From Octopus vulgaris (taxonomy: Eukaryota), in assembly GCA_951406725.2 (NCBI GenBank), contig OX597824.1:46252001-46316000 (forward strand): a DNA stretch of 64,000 nt, given 5' to 3'. The notes beneath the pieces were generated by a model, which did no database searches, was not told the origin of the DNA, and worked only from the letters and a program-made list of their open reading frames with translations. Positions 38,700-51,410 of the stretch are shown in pieces (the first letter of the stretch is position 1; each line of letters starts with the position of its first letter). Made by a program: the position numbers and the translations under genes.

Positions 38700-39413
38700 T
38701 AATCTCCTTCAAAATAAGATCCTTTTACTTCAGTGCACTTGTAGCACACCAGCCACTTCATGTAGGTCCCATGAAAATTCTCTAAAGTGAAGGTGTTCAT
38801 GACCCTTGTCACAGCCAACTTCATCTTCAAAACAACTGCCCTTGAGGTTCTCCTTCAGCTTAAGGAACAATCAAGTCACAGGAAACAAGGTGTGGACTAT
38901 TGTGTATAGTGAAGGTGCATGGCTCAGTGGTTAGAGTATTGGGCTCACAATCACGAGGTAGTGAGATCGAATCCCAGACTGGGCAGTGTATAGTGTTCTT
39001 ACTCCAAACTGTATGCTTATTATCTTCATAGCCATGTGACTATGTACATCCAGAAAATTGCAGCTCTGGTGTTTCAACATTTCCCTCTCTCTTTCTCACA
39101 CACCTCTCACCATTTCTCTCTTCCTCTCTACTGTCCTTGAATCTCTTGTGCCACCAAAAAAATTCATCCATAAACAATCTTGAGCATTTCACAAATTTCT
39201 GTAGCATTTTCGCCCTGTTTAACACAAAACTTTATTGTATAGTGAGCTTCCAAATGTCCTGACTGCATTCTGAAAACTAGTCAGCTGTGATGGAATAGCA
39301 AAAGTTGGCAGGTCAGCATATTGGATGTATAGCAATGATATACTAAATTACAATAATCTAAAATAACTGCCTCTTCTAAACACAACATTTTAGAACTTCT
39401 GGAATGCACCTTG
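38700..39413 (-). mobile_element. Internally deleted mariner relic
   Basis: FWWHKRFKDSREEERNGER (HTH region) in ORF 39040-39225; terminal-like ttttagaacttctggaatgcaccttg. Confidence 0.6.
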
Positions 39414-39453
39414 TGTGTGTGTGTATGTATAAATATATATGTGTATATATATA

Positions 39454-39514
<61 letters not shown>

Positions 39515-39806
39515 GCACACACAGGTGTAGGCATAGATATGTGTTTAAGATCACTTCCCAGTTACATGGTTTTGGGAATCTGTTCCATTGTGTTACCATG
39601 GGCCAACCAAAAGCTTGTGAGTACATTTGGTAGATGGAAACTGAAGGAAGCACATTGTGTGTGTGTGTGTTGTGCCCATGCGTGCACACACACACACACA
39701 CACACACACAATTTTAATTGCTGGCTCTGCATATCTTGTAATTTAAATATCTCTTGGGCATTGAATAGTTTGCATCTGGTGTGTATTTATGTATGCTATA
39801 CACATA

Positions 39807-39838
<32 letters not shown>

Positions 39839-41076
39839 TACATGCATTCTCTCTCCTGCATATATGTGTATGTATATATAAATAAATTTGCATGTCATTT
39901 TCTCCCTAATTTAGCACATACACATTTTCTTTGACTAAGCTTTCGTGCTGTTGGAAAGCCTAGACTATTCTAATAGTGAAAGTAAATAATCACTGTTGAC
40001 TTTCTGGTTCAGCAACTAAATTCAATAAGATTATCGCTCAAAACGAGCTTTTTTCCCCACTTTCATTTTATTTAATGAAATTCTGACTGTTATAATGAGT
40101 AATAATGAACATTTTAATTAAATAGTTAAATTCAATTTTTAGCTTAAATACTTAATTTTAAATACTGAAATCATTTTTCTGCGAAAACCTTATTCCATCA
40201 TCGGGTTTTTTATATTTGCAAAGTAATGTCTGTAACTAGTCATTTGAACAACAAAGATTTAAATTAATCTAATGTAAGAGTATATATTTAGTTTATTTTA
40301 TTTCTTATATACATAGAATCAATTTAAAAGTTTCGCATCATAGCCATGATTCAAGGGAGGCAACACTTTCTGCACTTTCAAAAAAAGAGAAAAATCCTAT
40401 CCTTTCAGTTTTAGAAGTTCGCAGTATCTATTAGGAAACCAACCACATAACAAATATAGTAAGCTTATTTAAAATGGGTAACTAATTAAGAAATAGTAAA
40501 TCGAAGACAGTGGCTATGTGCTAAGAAGCTTGCTTCCAAACCACATGGTTCTGGGTTCAGTTTCACTACATAACTCGTTAGGCAAGTGGCCTTGGTCCAA
40601 CCAAAAGCTTGTGAGTGTATTTGGTAGACAGAAACTGAAAGAAGCCCATCGTATATATATATGTGTGTGTGTTTGTCTCCCACCACCATTAGACAACTAG
40701 TGCTGATGTGTTTACATCCTTGTAACTTAGCAGTTTGGCAAAAGATGACAATAGAATAAGTACCAGGTTTTTAAAAAAATAAGTACGGGGGTCTAAAAGT
40801 TATTCAAGGTGGTGCCCCAGCATGGTCGCAGTCTAATGACTGAAGCCAGTAAAAAATAAAAGATTATGGATAATTCTCACCTTATAGAAGATATATCATA
40901 AAGAGTGAAATGTTTGCATTCTGTACTCGAAAATTTTTTAGATTTAGCCAACCGTCTAAAGGCTTACATGTAAGAGAAAATGAAATTCTAGGAAGAATGG
41001 CATTACTTATCACACCTGCTAAATAAATATTAGTAACATATTGGAATGATTATTGAAATGGTAAAGTTTATGTATA

Positions 41077-41481
41077 CTCTTTACTCTTTTACTTGTTTCA
41101 GTCATTTGACTGCGGCCATGCTGGAGCACCGCCTTTAGTCGAGCAACTCGACCCCGGGACTTATTCTTTTTGTAAGCCCAGTACTTATTCTATCGGTCTC
41201 TTTTTGCCGAACCGCTAAGTTACAGGGACGTAAACACACCAGCATCGGTTGTCAAGCAATGCTAGGGGAACAAACACAGACACACAAACACATACTCATA
41301 CATATATATACATATATACGACAGTCTTCTTTCAGTTTCCGTCTACCAAATCCACTCACAAGGCATTGGTCGGCCCGGGGCTATAGCAGAAGACACTTGC
41401 CCAAGATGCCACGCAGTGGGACTGAACCCAGAACCATGTGGTTGGTTAGCAAGCAACTTACCACACAGCCACTCCTGCGCC
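41077..41481 (-). mobile_element. Full-length tRNA-derived SINE (family A), antisense in NPC2 intron 3
   Basis: Reverse complement of 26044-26453 with high identity. Confidence 0.88.
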
Positions 41482-42712
41482 TATTGACTAGTCTATCTGA
41501 ACACCAATTAGAGTTAATGAAAGCAATTTGAATTAGAAATAATTAAACAGTAATGATTACAAACATGAAAGCTGCACCAGGCTCTAATCTGTTTTGGCTT
41601 AGTTTGTATGGCTGGATGTCCTTCCTAATGCAATCCACTCTACAGAGTGTAATTGGTGCCTTTTATGTGTCATCAGTGCTGGGCATGACTTCAATTTCAC
41701 TTGGCTTGATGTGTCTTCTCAAGCACAGCAAATTGCCAAAGGTCTCTGTCACTTGTCATTGCCTCTGTGAGATCCAACATCCTAAGATTGTACTTCACTA
41801 CCTCATTCCATGTTTTCTTGAGTCTACCTCTTCCACAGGTTCCCTCCACAGTTAGATTGGTACTTCTTTATGCAGTTGTCTTCTGCACTTACAAACTGAA
41901 GAAATAAGTGCTCTGAGTTATAAAAAAGATATAACTCTGAAGTCATCATCTTTTAATGGCTGTCTTACATGCTGCCATGAGTTGGATGGTTTGACAGGAT
42001 TCACTGGGTCCAAAGACTGCATTGTGCTCCAGTGTTTGTTTTGGCATGGGTTCTATGGCTGGATGTTTTTTTGTAATGCCAACCACTTTACTGAGTGTAT
42101 GGAGTACTTTTTCTTTAGCATCACCACAAGTGAGGTTGTCATGCAGCTCATAAAACTAAGATCTGCTTTGATTGAGCATGGCTATAGACGAGAGGGAGGT
42201 GGCTTTATGCTACAAGATGAACAAAAGAAAATGTGTGAGAAGAGGTTTCTTGCTGTAGAGGTGGGGCGGGGCTACATGGCTACTCACATTGTAGATGAGT
42301 GGCCAGTGTGGAACTAGAAAGGGAGACAAAATAGCCATGATAGTCAGGAAGGACTCTCAAAGTACAAGGTGAATAGAAGTTAGTGGGAGACTGAAGAACA
42401 GTGTATGGGTATGTACAGATTGCAAGAGTGTATAGCAGTGTGTGAAGGATGGTTAGAGATAGAGAAAGGGTGAGAAGGTGAATACAATAGATAAACAATG
42501 ACTGACAAACAAGGGTTGAAGGGTGGTTAATGATGAGTTAGAGGGGAGTAGATAATAGCTGACTGCAGAAAGGGATGAAAAGCAAGAAAACAGTAATACC
42601 AATAATGCAGTTGACAGGGGAAGAATTAGAGAAAGGGCAGTGATGTGTAGGTGAGTAGGTTGCAAGTGTGCAAGAAGAGACATAAAAACTGCTTTTTTTA
42701 TGTCTTGAATAG

Positions 42713-43196
42713 CACTGTGTAACACAATTTTTATCCTTGGTAGCAACTGTTATTTCCTATTTGCTTACCCCTAGAAAGTATGAAACATAGCTAATATTTC
42801 CTTCAAACTTTGCTTTTGTTACATTTATTCAAACCCCAAAGAATCCCTCTCAACATATGGCTATGGTGCTCCCCCACTGCTCCTGCTCATGATCAGAGAC
42901 AAGCATATTGTTAGCCACTAAGGAACATGCTCAAGTGGTTAAGGTCAAACAACTGACAAGTAAATCTGTGACAGTGAGCTGAATATTTGCTATAATGATA
43001 TTTCTGCTTCAGTAACTCAGTGCTGAATCTGTCTGAATTGAATGGAAAATAGGTCAGTTTCAAAACATCGATGTTCAGGTGACAAAAGCAAAGTTTGAAG
43101 GGAATAGTAGTAATTTCCTTTCATTTTTAGATAGAAGCAAATAGGAAATGACACACTTACTGATCAAAAACAAAGAAAAAAATTTGTTACACTGTA
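42713..43196. mobile_element. Chapaev3-type non-autonomous element, copy 2
   Basis: Starts cactgtgtaacac, colinear with 22070-22535, decayed right end tgttacactgta. Confidence 0.78.
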
Positions 43197-44190
43197 ATCA
43201 TGAACATCATCATTATTGTTTTACTGTCTACTTATCCATGCTTGCATGTATCAGATGTGACTTTATTGAAGCAAATTTTTGATAGCCAGATGTTCTTCAT
43301 GTTGCCAGCTGTCACCTGCTTCCAGGCAAGGCGATATTTACTCATGGAAATGAATGACATTGTATGTTGGTGGTACTCATTTACAGTATTATTTATGTAA
43401 TGCCAAGACAAGGACAAAGACAAAAACACACATGCACACACATTTACACACAAAAATACTTAAACAAGCAAACACTCATGCACATGCATATTATTGGCTT
43501 CTCTCAGTTTCCATCTACCAAATCCACTTACAGGGTTTTAATTGGCCTAAGGCTCAAACTTTGGGCCTCATGGAGGCAGTGACAAGTGACTGAGGCATTT
43601 GGCAATATACTATGCTTGAGAAGATCTGTCAAGCCAAGTGAGATTGCAGTCATGGCCGATGCCAGTGTTTCGTAACTGGCACCCATGCCGGTGGCAAGTA
43701 AAAAGAACACACTACACTTTCAGAGTGGTTGGTGTTAGGATGGGCATCCAATTGTAGAAACCATGCCAAAGCAGATTGGAACCTGGTGCAGCTCTCCTGC
43801 TTATCAGTTTTCAGTCAAACCGTCTAACCCATGCCAGCATGGAAAATGGACATTAAATGATAATGATGATGAGGGCTATAGTAGAAAGTATTTGCACAAG
43901 GTGCCACACTGTGAAACTGAACCTGAAACCACATGTTTGGGAAGCAAACTTCTCAATTATGCAGCTACATCTGCACCTACTTGAAATTATAGATAACTTT
44001 CTATGACATTTTTTGTACCAAATGCTCTGACAAAGTACAAAAATAGTAAAGTGTGACTAAAACTATAATTTTAGACTATAGTGTATGAAAAATAAAAAAT
44101 TTTGTAAATTTGTAACTTTTCCAATTTGTCATTGACAGTTGTAATCTTGAATTTATATTTTGTTTATTCAAATCTGTTTATTTCTTTCAG

Positions 44191-44271
44191 ATATCGGTCA
44201 TCATCAAATGGTTGATTCTGCAAGGAAAAGTAGATGTTTTCTGCTTTGAAATCAGTGCTCTGCTAATTTAA
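44191..44271 (+). CDS. NPC2: NPC2/ML-domain protein, terminal coding exon
   Basis: tttctttcag| acceptor; ISVIIKWLILQGKVDVFCFEISALLI*; conserved W and sixth Cys; spliced CDS 459 nt = 152 aa + stop. Confidence 0.92.
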   Translation: MSVIIKWLILQGKVDVFCFEISALLI

Positions 44272-44311
44272 CTTTTGTGTGTAGTTACCTTACTGCATTT
44301 ATAGTGAATGG

Positions 44312-44317
44312 AATAAA
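44312..44317 (+). terminator. Polyadenylation signal of NPC2
   Basis: AATAAA (overlapping double) ~40 nt after the stop, with a T-rich tract downstream. Confidence 0.6.
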
Positions 44318-45229
44318 TAAATGAAAAAAAATTATCTGCTTTTTTTAATAAATTATTTCTCAAACTTGTTTTTCCTTGTTCCATTATTTAGTCATTTGAA
44401 AAAAGGAAGTCAATAGATGTAAGTATTAGGCTAAATAAATGTTTAACGTATTTTTTCATTCATTTGTAAGTTTGCTTCCTATCTATATTATTTTAGGTCC
44501 AGTCCCATTGCTTGGCACCTTGGGCAAAGTCTTTTAATAAAACTCATCAAAGCCTTATGAGTAGATTTCGTTGGTGGAAACTGAAAGAAGCCTCTGTGTG
44601 TGTTGTTTACATTTGTACTCTCTTGTACAGAAGTTATGACATTTGAGTATTGTTGTTGGAGCTTCTCCTTTCAACAAATCAACTTATTTCTTGCCTTCAA
44701 AGATAAGTGGAATAAGAGATCCTTTACTTGAAACACAGGTAAGGGTTAGCATCATGGAGGGCATTTGGCTATGAAACAATGCCTCAATACTATATTTATC
44801 TAATCCATGCATGGAAAAACAAATGTAAAAGTGAACAGGTATGTGTGCTTATGTCACTTGGTCTTGACATCACATGATAGTTGTAAACAAGTGTCCCCAT
44901 CTTACAAGTGGTGTCATTTGTTTCTAATCTGTGAAAACATGTGAAACATTACCTCACACAGAAATAAGTGAGGTTTGGCAACAGGAAAGGCATCTGCCCA
45001 TAGAAAATCTGCCTTGCCTCAGTGAATTCTGTCTGACATGTGCAAAGTTGGAAAAGTGGATATTAAACAAGTTCATTTAATGTCTGTTTTCATGCTTACA
45101 CGGATTGGAGAGGAACTTGATTGTGGTAAAATTTTACAGCCAGATGTTCTTCATGTCACCAATCCTTACATCTTACAGATTTTTAGTGCCCAGACTATGG
45201 AGTAAAAGTGTTGAGTGATCTTAAAGTTT

Positions 45230-45537
45230 ACAAGGAATTTGCTTTTGTTACCTTTATTCAAACCCTGCTCATGATCAGAGATGCACATATTGTTAGCCAC
45301 TAAGGGTCAAGCAAATCTATGGTATTGAGCAGAATATTTGCTATAATGACATCTTTGCTTCAGCAACTCAGTGCTGAATCAGTTGGAAATGAATGGAAAA
45401 TAGGTCAGAAAATAGGTGACAAAAGCAAAGTTTGAAGGGAATAGTAGTAATTTCCTTTGATTTCTAGATAGAAGCATATAGGAAATAACACACTTATTGA
45501 CCAAAGTAAAAAATAAAAAAGAATTTTTGTTACAGTG
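45230..45537. mobile_element. Chapaev3-type non-autonomous element, partial copy 3
   Basis: Colinear with the right two-thirds of 22070-22535; ends tgttacagtg|tta. Confidence 0.72.
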
Positions 45538-46337
45538 TTATCAATATTCATGCACATTTGTGTACACATACAAATGCACATACAGATCTGGGTGGTAGAC
45601 TAATTCAATCACCTGGCTTAACACCACCCCTTGTGCTTTGGGTGTCACTAGTGGAATTTACTCTGTTGCAAGTATTTAGGCCAAGTCTCCAGCTTGGGGG
45701 TACCTTCACCATTCTTTCTCACCGGTTTCAGAAACCCCATTAAGTGTCATGAGTATTCCCTTCTCTCTTGACTAAAAGATTAAAGGAATAACAAAAGAAA
45801 GCAGGTTTCCTGCTACTAAATTCACAAGTCCCGTAAAAGAACTGAGAAAGTTGGGCCTCCAATCAGGCATTTCACAATACCTTTAAAGCCAGGAACTTTT
45901 TAGCATACCCTCATAGTAGATACTTGAGCTACTGTGTCTTGTGTTTGCACTTAATTTCTGTAGAATTAATTTAGATTTTAACCTTCTGGAAATTGATAAA
46001 ATAAGCAACCTCATGTAGTTTCATTAAAATGAATTAACTATACTGTTATTTTGTAAAAACTGCCAAACTTCTGTCTCAAAAAAATTATCTAAATATGTTA
46101 GCTTTTACATGAAGCTTTCGAAAAAAGAATAATCTTCCCTGTTGAGAATAGGATTTGCTGTTTATTTTCTTTTCAGGTTTTGTCCATGAAATAATGAATC
46201 AAAACATTGTAACTTGTCATACTTGACCTTTATCTGAAATCTGTTTCCAGATTTCATATTTGTTCTTTAGGTCACCCCTTCCCATTGCCTTTGATAAAGA
46301 AAAATTCTCTCATGATACTTATCATTGTCATTTGTAG

Positions 46338-46374
<37 letters not shown>

Positions 46375-46515
46375 AAACACTATGGGCTTCTTTCAGTATC
46401 TGTTTACCAAATCAGCCTGAGGCTACATTGGAAGACACATACCCAAGGTGCAACACAGGGACTGAAACCAGAACCATGTAGTTGGGAAGCAAACTTCTTA
46501 CCACACAGCTGCTCC

Positions 46516-46552
<37 letters not shown>

Positions 46553-47294
46553 GCAATTCATTCAAATAGTATCTGACTTTATTTTTTTCTGCTAAACTAA
46601 TGCCATGTGCAAAATGCTTTGGGTGAGAAGTGATGCTACCCTCCCTGTATATGCACGAAAATTTTCATACTAGTAAGCTGTGTCGCTTCCTGGTTGTTAT
46701 GCCCGGAGTACAGATGTGTGTAGTTGAAAGGCAGATGTGGAACTTATATACTTAGCTTTCTTTTATCTATCATTTCATTATATGTAAACCTCTCACACTT
46801 TATTTTGTCCCCCTCATTCTTTGCCCTGGTGGAAAATAAATTGTCAGCACACCAGGCAAAGTGCTTAGTGGTATTTCGTCCATCTTTACATTCCAAGTTC
46901 AAATTCTGCTGAGGTTGGCTTTGCTTTTCATCCTTTCAGACTCAATAAAATAAGTACCAGTTGAACACTGGAGTCGATGTAATCGACTTACTTACTTCTC
47001 TGAAATTGGTGTCCTTATGCTAAAATTTGAAGCCAATAAGGCAGCAAGCTGGCAGGATTATTAGCATGGTGGGTGAAATGCTTAGCAGTATTTTGTCCAT
47101 CTTCACATTCTGGGTCCAAATTCTGCTAAGGTTGACTTTGCCTATCATCCTTCTGGGGTTGATGAAATAAGTACCAGCTGAGCATCGGGTGGGGGAGTGA
47201 TATAATCGATTTACCCTTTCCCCCAAAATTGTTGGTCTTGTGCCAAAATTTGAAAGCATCATCATTATTATTATTATTATTATTATCATTATAG

Positions 47295-48345
47295 ATGTTG
47301 CACAGTATACAATATTGTGAGGTTGTTGATTAAAGATATTGTGTCTACCAGGGGTTTGTACTGTTTGTCAAGTCACGAGGGACCTCAGACAGACAGTACT
47401 TTATGCAATATGTGTACAGTTCAAAATAATGCTGACTTTTGCAAGACACCTAAATTGTAGGGTTTTCTAAAGTTTTCTGATGTTTTGTCAGATTGGGTGG
47501 AATCGAACCCAATGCTCCGATGACAATAGTGATAACCTCTATGTTGGCTCTCGTAGCTGCCACAGCTTAGCGATCTCAATTCTCAGGTCTCCATATTTAA
47601 CCTTTTCTCTTTCTTGCATGATGATATGTTGATCCCCTGGCACTGTCATGTCAATTATTAGGCACTCTTGTTTGTCCCTCCTAAAAGTTACTGTTGTGAA
47701 TTCCCCCTTGTTTTTCAAAAAACCCACCAAATTACAAAATAGGTGAAAGTTTTGCGCAGAAAGAATATAAGCATAGACTCAACAAGGTAGCCTAAAATCT
47801 CCACTGGCTACTATGCCATAAGTATGGATATGGTTATGGGTGCTTGGTACCAACATACACCAGAAAAGGAAATGGACAAAAAGGGGAAGGCAAAAATCCT
47901 CTGGGACTTTGACTACCAAACCGATAAGGTATTAAATCACCGAAGTCCCCGAGGATTTTTGCCTTCCCCCTTTTGTCCATTTCCTTTTCTGGTGTATGTT
48001 GGTACCAAGCACCCATAACCATATCCATACTTATGGCATAGTAGCCAGTGGAGATTTTAGGCTACCTTGTTGAGTCTATGCTTATATTCTTTCTGCGCAA
48101 AACTTTCACAAGCACTAATAATGTGAGTCATGCTTTTGACCCTCTTCCCACACATTCTGCAGAAGTCCATTGCACTTGTATTGTATTTTTTCACTGAGCT
48201 GGTATTCAATGCCTGGTCCTGGGCAGCGATGATTAGGCTTTCAGTATTCTTTTTTAGGTCACCTTTTTGAAGCCACCTCCATAATGCTTCCTGATCAGTG
48301 GTAGCTTGTATATAGGCCCTGCGGAATTGCAGCACCCCCTATTTC
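47295..48345 (-). mobile_element. Rearranged Dong/R4-type (REL endonuclease) LINE 3' fragment
   Basis: WLQKGDLKKNTESLIIAAQDQAL, CRMC...HIISAC (CCHC), KILWDF...IIDMTVPGD...EKVKYGDL; 3' end abuts (TTA)n at 47257-47292. Confidence 0.85.
47743..48109. repeat. Near-perfect ~165-bp inverted repeat with a 33-nt spacer
   Basis: Arms 47743-47909 and 47943-48109; the ORF track shows nearly the same peptide on both strands. Confidence 0.97.
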
Positions 48346-49095
48346 CACTTGATATTATCGATAGCATTCAATATAATGAGTCCTTTTTTTAAAATTCTTT
48401 CTTTATATTTGTACATTATATAATCCTTAAACTTAATGTCAGTAGTCATCCCCTAGTTTATGAAAAAAATACAAAAATCCTTGTATAGAACTGTGCGCTT
48501 CACAGTTCCAGCATCATGGTGTTTGGCTGTTGTGCGCATACTCACATGTCCGAGATAGGAAACATCATGCTAGAGAGAGTCAGCACTGTCATCCATTCAG
48601 TGTCAGTGAAAGGCAGTGTTTCTTTTTGACACCACATGTGCTGTGCTTAAAAGCGTGTTTATATTTTTGAATGTGATAAAGTGTAGAATTAGATTATTAC
48701 CTTGCTTCCAGTTCAAGTGTTGCTGTCTGGATTTGAAAAATAGGGCAAATTTTCCCCCCCTTATTTTGTGATTTTGGGGAGGATTTTTGAAAAACAACGG
48801 GAAATTCACGGCAGTGTTCAGTGAACAAATTAAACACACTACTTGACAGTGGCTAAAACATGAACCGATCAAGTTTATGTATAAATATTCTTTTTATATG
48901 TTTGTTTCCTTTTACACAGTATTAAAACAATGGCTAAAAATTTTCTGAGGCAGCACCCTCATTAATTTTATCTACAAGCTGCCACTGTTCCTGATCTTTT
49001 AATTTGATATTGTTATTATTTTTATTATTATTGTTGTTCTTGTTGTTATGTAACCCTCTCAGAAAGCCTTTACAGAAATTTATTGAGGTAAATTA

Positions 49096-50340
49096 GTAGG
49101 TTGTTAAGTATGAAATTTGTAGTAAGGTATATGGTAAACTTTGACAGCCGCTCATTTTGTGCCATTATTATATTTTGACAATCTTTATCTTTTTGTTAGA
49201 AAGCCGACACATCTATTTATTTATCCTAACTCATTTTGCACTTTATAAAGTATTTATAAATCATTTTTTGCTGTTTTTGTTTAGAGATGGATAAGTCAGA
49301 AATTCATATAGTTTTGAAATATGAGTTCTTTCTTGGAAATACAGTATCACAGACAGCTCGGAATATTAATGGAGTATTTCATTCTAATGTTATTACTCAG
49401 CAGACAGTATCAAATTGGTTTGCAAAATTTTGTTCCGGTAACTTTGACTTCACAAACGAGCAAGCAGTCGACCAGAAACTAAGGTCGATAATGACGAACT
49501 GAAAGCCACTGTTGGGTCAGATCCATCTCAAAGTGCCTGTGAATTACTATTGTTGTTTGGTGTTAGCAAGCAAACAATATTGACTCACCTAGTTCAAATC
49601 GGTAAAGTGAAAAAGTTAGATAAGTGGGTTCCACATGAACTCAATGAAAATCAGAAACAGCAATGTTTTGAAGCCTGCATTATGCTACTTTCTTGTCACA
49701 AAAATGAATCATTTTTGAATCGTATTGTAACATGTGATGAGAAATAGATCCAATACAACAACCGTAAATGTTCAGCACTATAGTTGGACAAAGTCAAGCC
49801 ACCAAAACACAGTTCAAAAAGCAAAATTTATGAAAAGAAGCTGATGGTGTGTGTTTGGTGGTCTGGCGCAGGTGTGATCCATTATGATTTCATTAAACCT
49901 GGCTCATCAATCACAGCCAAAGTATACTGCAGCCAACTGGACCAAATGATGCAGAAACTTACAAAAAAACAGCCTAGATTAGTTAACAGATCCACTCTTA
50001 TTTTATTGCAAGACATCAGACCACACATCACAAAAATGATATGGGCGAAATTACAAGAGTTGGAGTTGGAAGTTCTCCATCATCCACCATTGACTACCAC
50101 TTCTTCCAGAATTTGGATAACTTTTTGATAGGAAAAAAATTTAATTTCAACAATGCTGTAAAACAGGCCTTCCAAAATTTTATTGACTCTAGATCGCCAG
50201 GATGGACAAACAACTGCTGAAATGGCAAAAGTGTGTTGACAATATGGGTGCATTCTTTGATGAATAAAACTATTCCTTGTATTTATAAAACATTAGCAGA
50301 CTTTCTTTCTTTTCTATAAATTTCATACTTGACGACCTAA
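49096..50340 (+). mobile_element. Full-length decayed mariner (second subfamily)
   Basis: TIRs gtaggttgttaagtatgaaattt / aaatttcatacttgacgacctaa with TA flanks; WVPHEL, IVTCDEK, LLQD motifs spread over broken ORFs. Confidence 0.92.
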
Positions 50341-50569
50341 TACGTAGGTTTCAAACAAGCAGATTCATCCCGTGTTTATAGACAGTTCTGTGCTTGTCTA
50401 CTGATATCACCTTCCTTCATTGGCTGCATTCCAGTGCTCTTTTCCCTCATGATCTCCATGTGTAACCACAAGACTTACCTAGGAATTTGATATTCATTAG
50501 ATAACATTAATAACACATTGCTCAAATTTAATAATTGCTGCAACACTAAACGACTTTAAGATACAAATT

Positions 50570-50625
50570 GGTACTTAATGCTATTATCACAATTATTATC
50601 GTGGCTGTTGTTATTGTTATTGTTG

Positions 50626-50668
<43 letters not shown>

Positions 50669-51058
50669 TCTGCTGAGGTTGACTTTGCCTTTCATCCTTC
50701 TGTGGGTTGAGAAATTAAGTAACAGTTGCATACTGGGATTGATCTAATCAACTGGTCTCTTCCACCAAAATTTCAGGCCTTGTGCCTATAGTAGAATGGA
50801 TTATTATTATTATTGTTATTAAATTTGCAAGCCAGCAGAATTGTTAGCACTCTGGGAAAGATGCCTAGCAGCATTTCGTCCATCTTTATGTTTTGAGTTC
50901 AAATTCTGCCGAGGTCACCTCTGCCTCTCATCGTTTCAGGGTTGATAAAATAAATACCAGTCAAGTACTGGGGTTGATGTAATCGACTTATCCCCACCCA
51001 CCAAATTTCAGGCCTTGTGCTTATAGAAAAGATCATCATCACCACCACCACCACCACC

Positions 51059-51094
<36 letters not shown>

Positions 51095-51410
51095 TACAGG
51101 GGTCAATGTGGTCAACTAGCTTCTCTTCCAGAATTTCAGTCCTTGTGCCTTGAGTAGAAAGGATTTTTTATGCATTAGTTAAAGGGGCAAGTTGGCAAAA
51201 CTGTAAGCACATCACATAAAATGCATAGTGGTGTCTCCTTGAGCTGTTTAATTTCTGAGTTCAAATTCCTCCAAAGTCAACTTCGCCTTGCCTTCTTTTA
51301 TGGTCATAAAATACAAAAATATTTGTCAAGTACTGATGTTGATGGTATCGATTACTACCTCTCCCCTCAATATTGCTGTCTTTGTACCTATATAGAAACA
51401 ATTATTATTG
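50570..51410 (+). mobile_element. Cluster of 3-4 tandem MetaSINE-like copies/fragments separated by trinucleotide tracts
   Basis: Repeated gaggt.gactttgcctttcatcc...aagtaccag...aaatttcaggccttgtgcc, with (TTA)n and (CAC)n/(GAC)n between copies. Confidence 0.75.

Noticed and set aside
46175-46290. Additional downstream exons (tttcag|gtt, ctttag|gtc)
   Set aside because: Acceptor-like sites without a matching donor or convincing reading frame.
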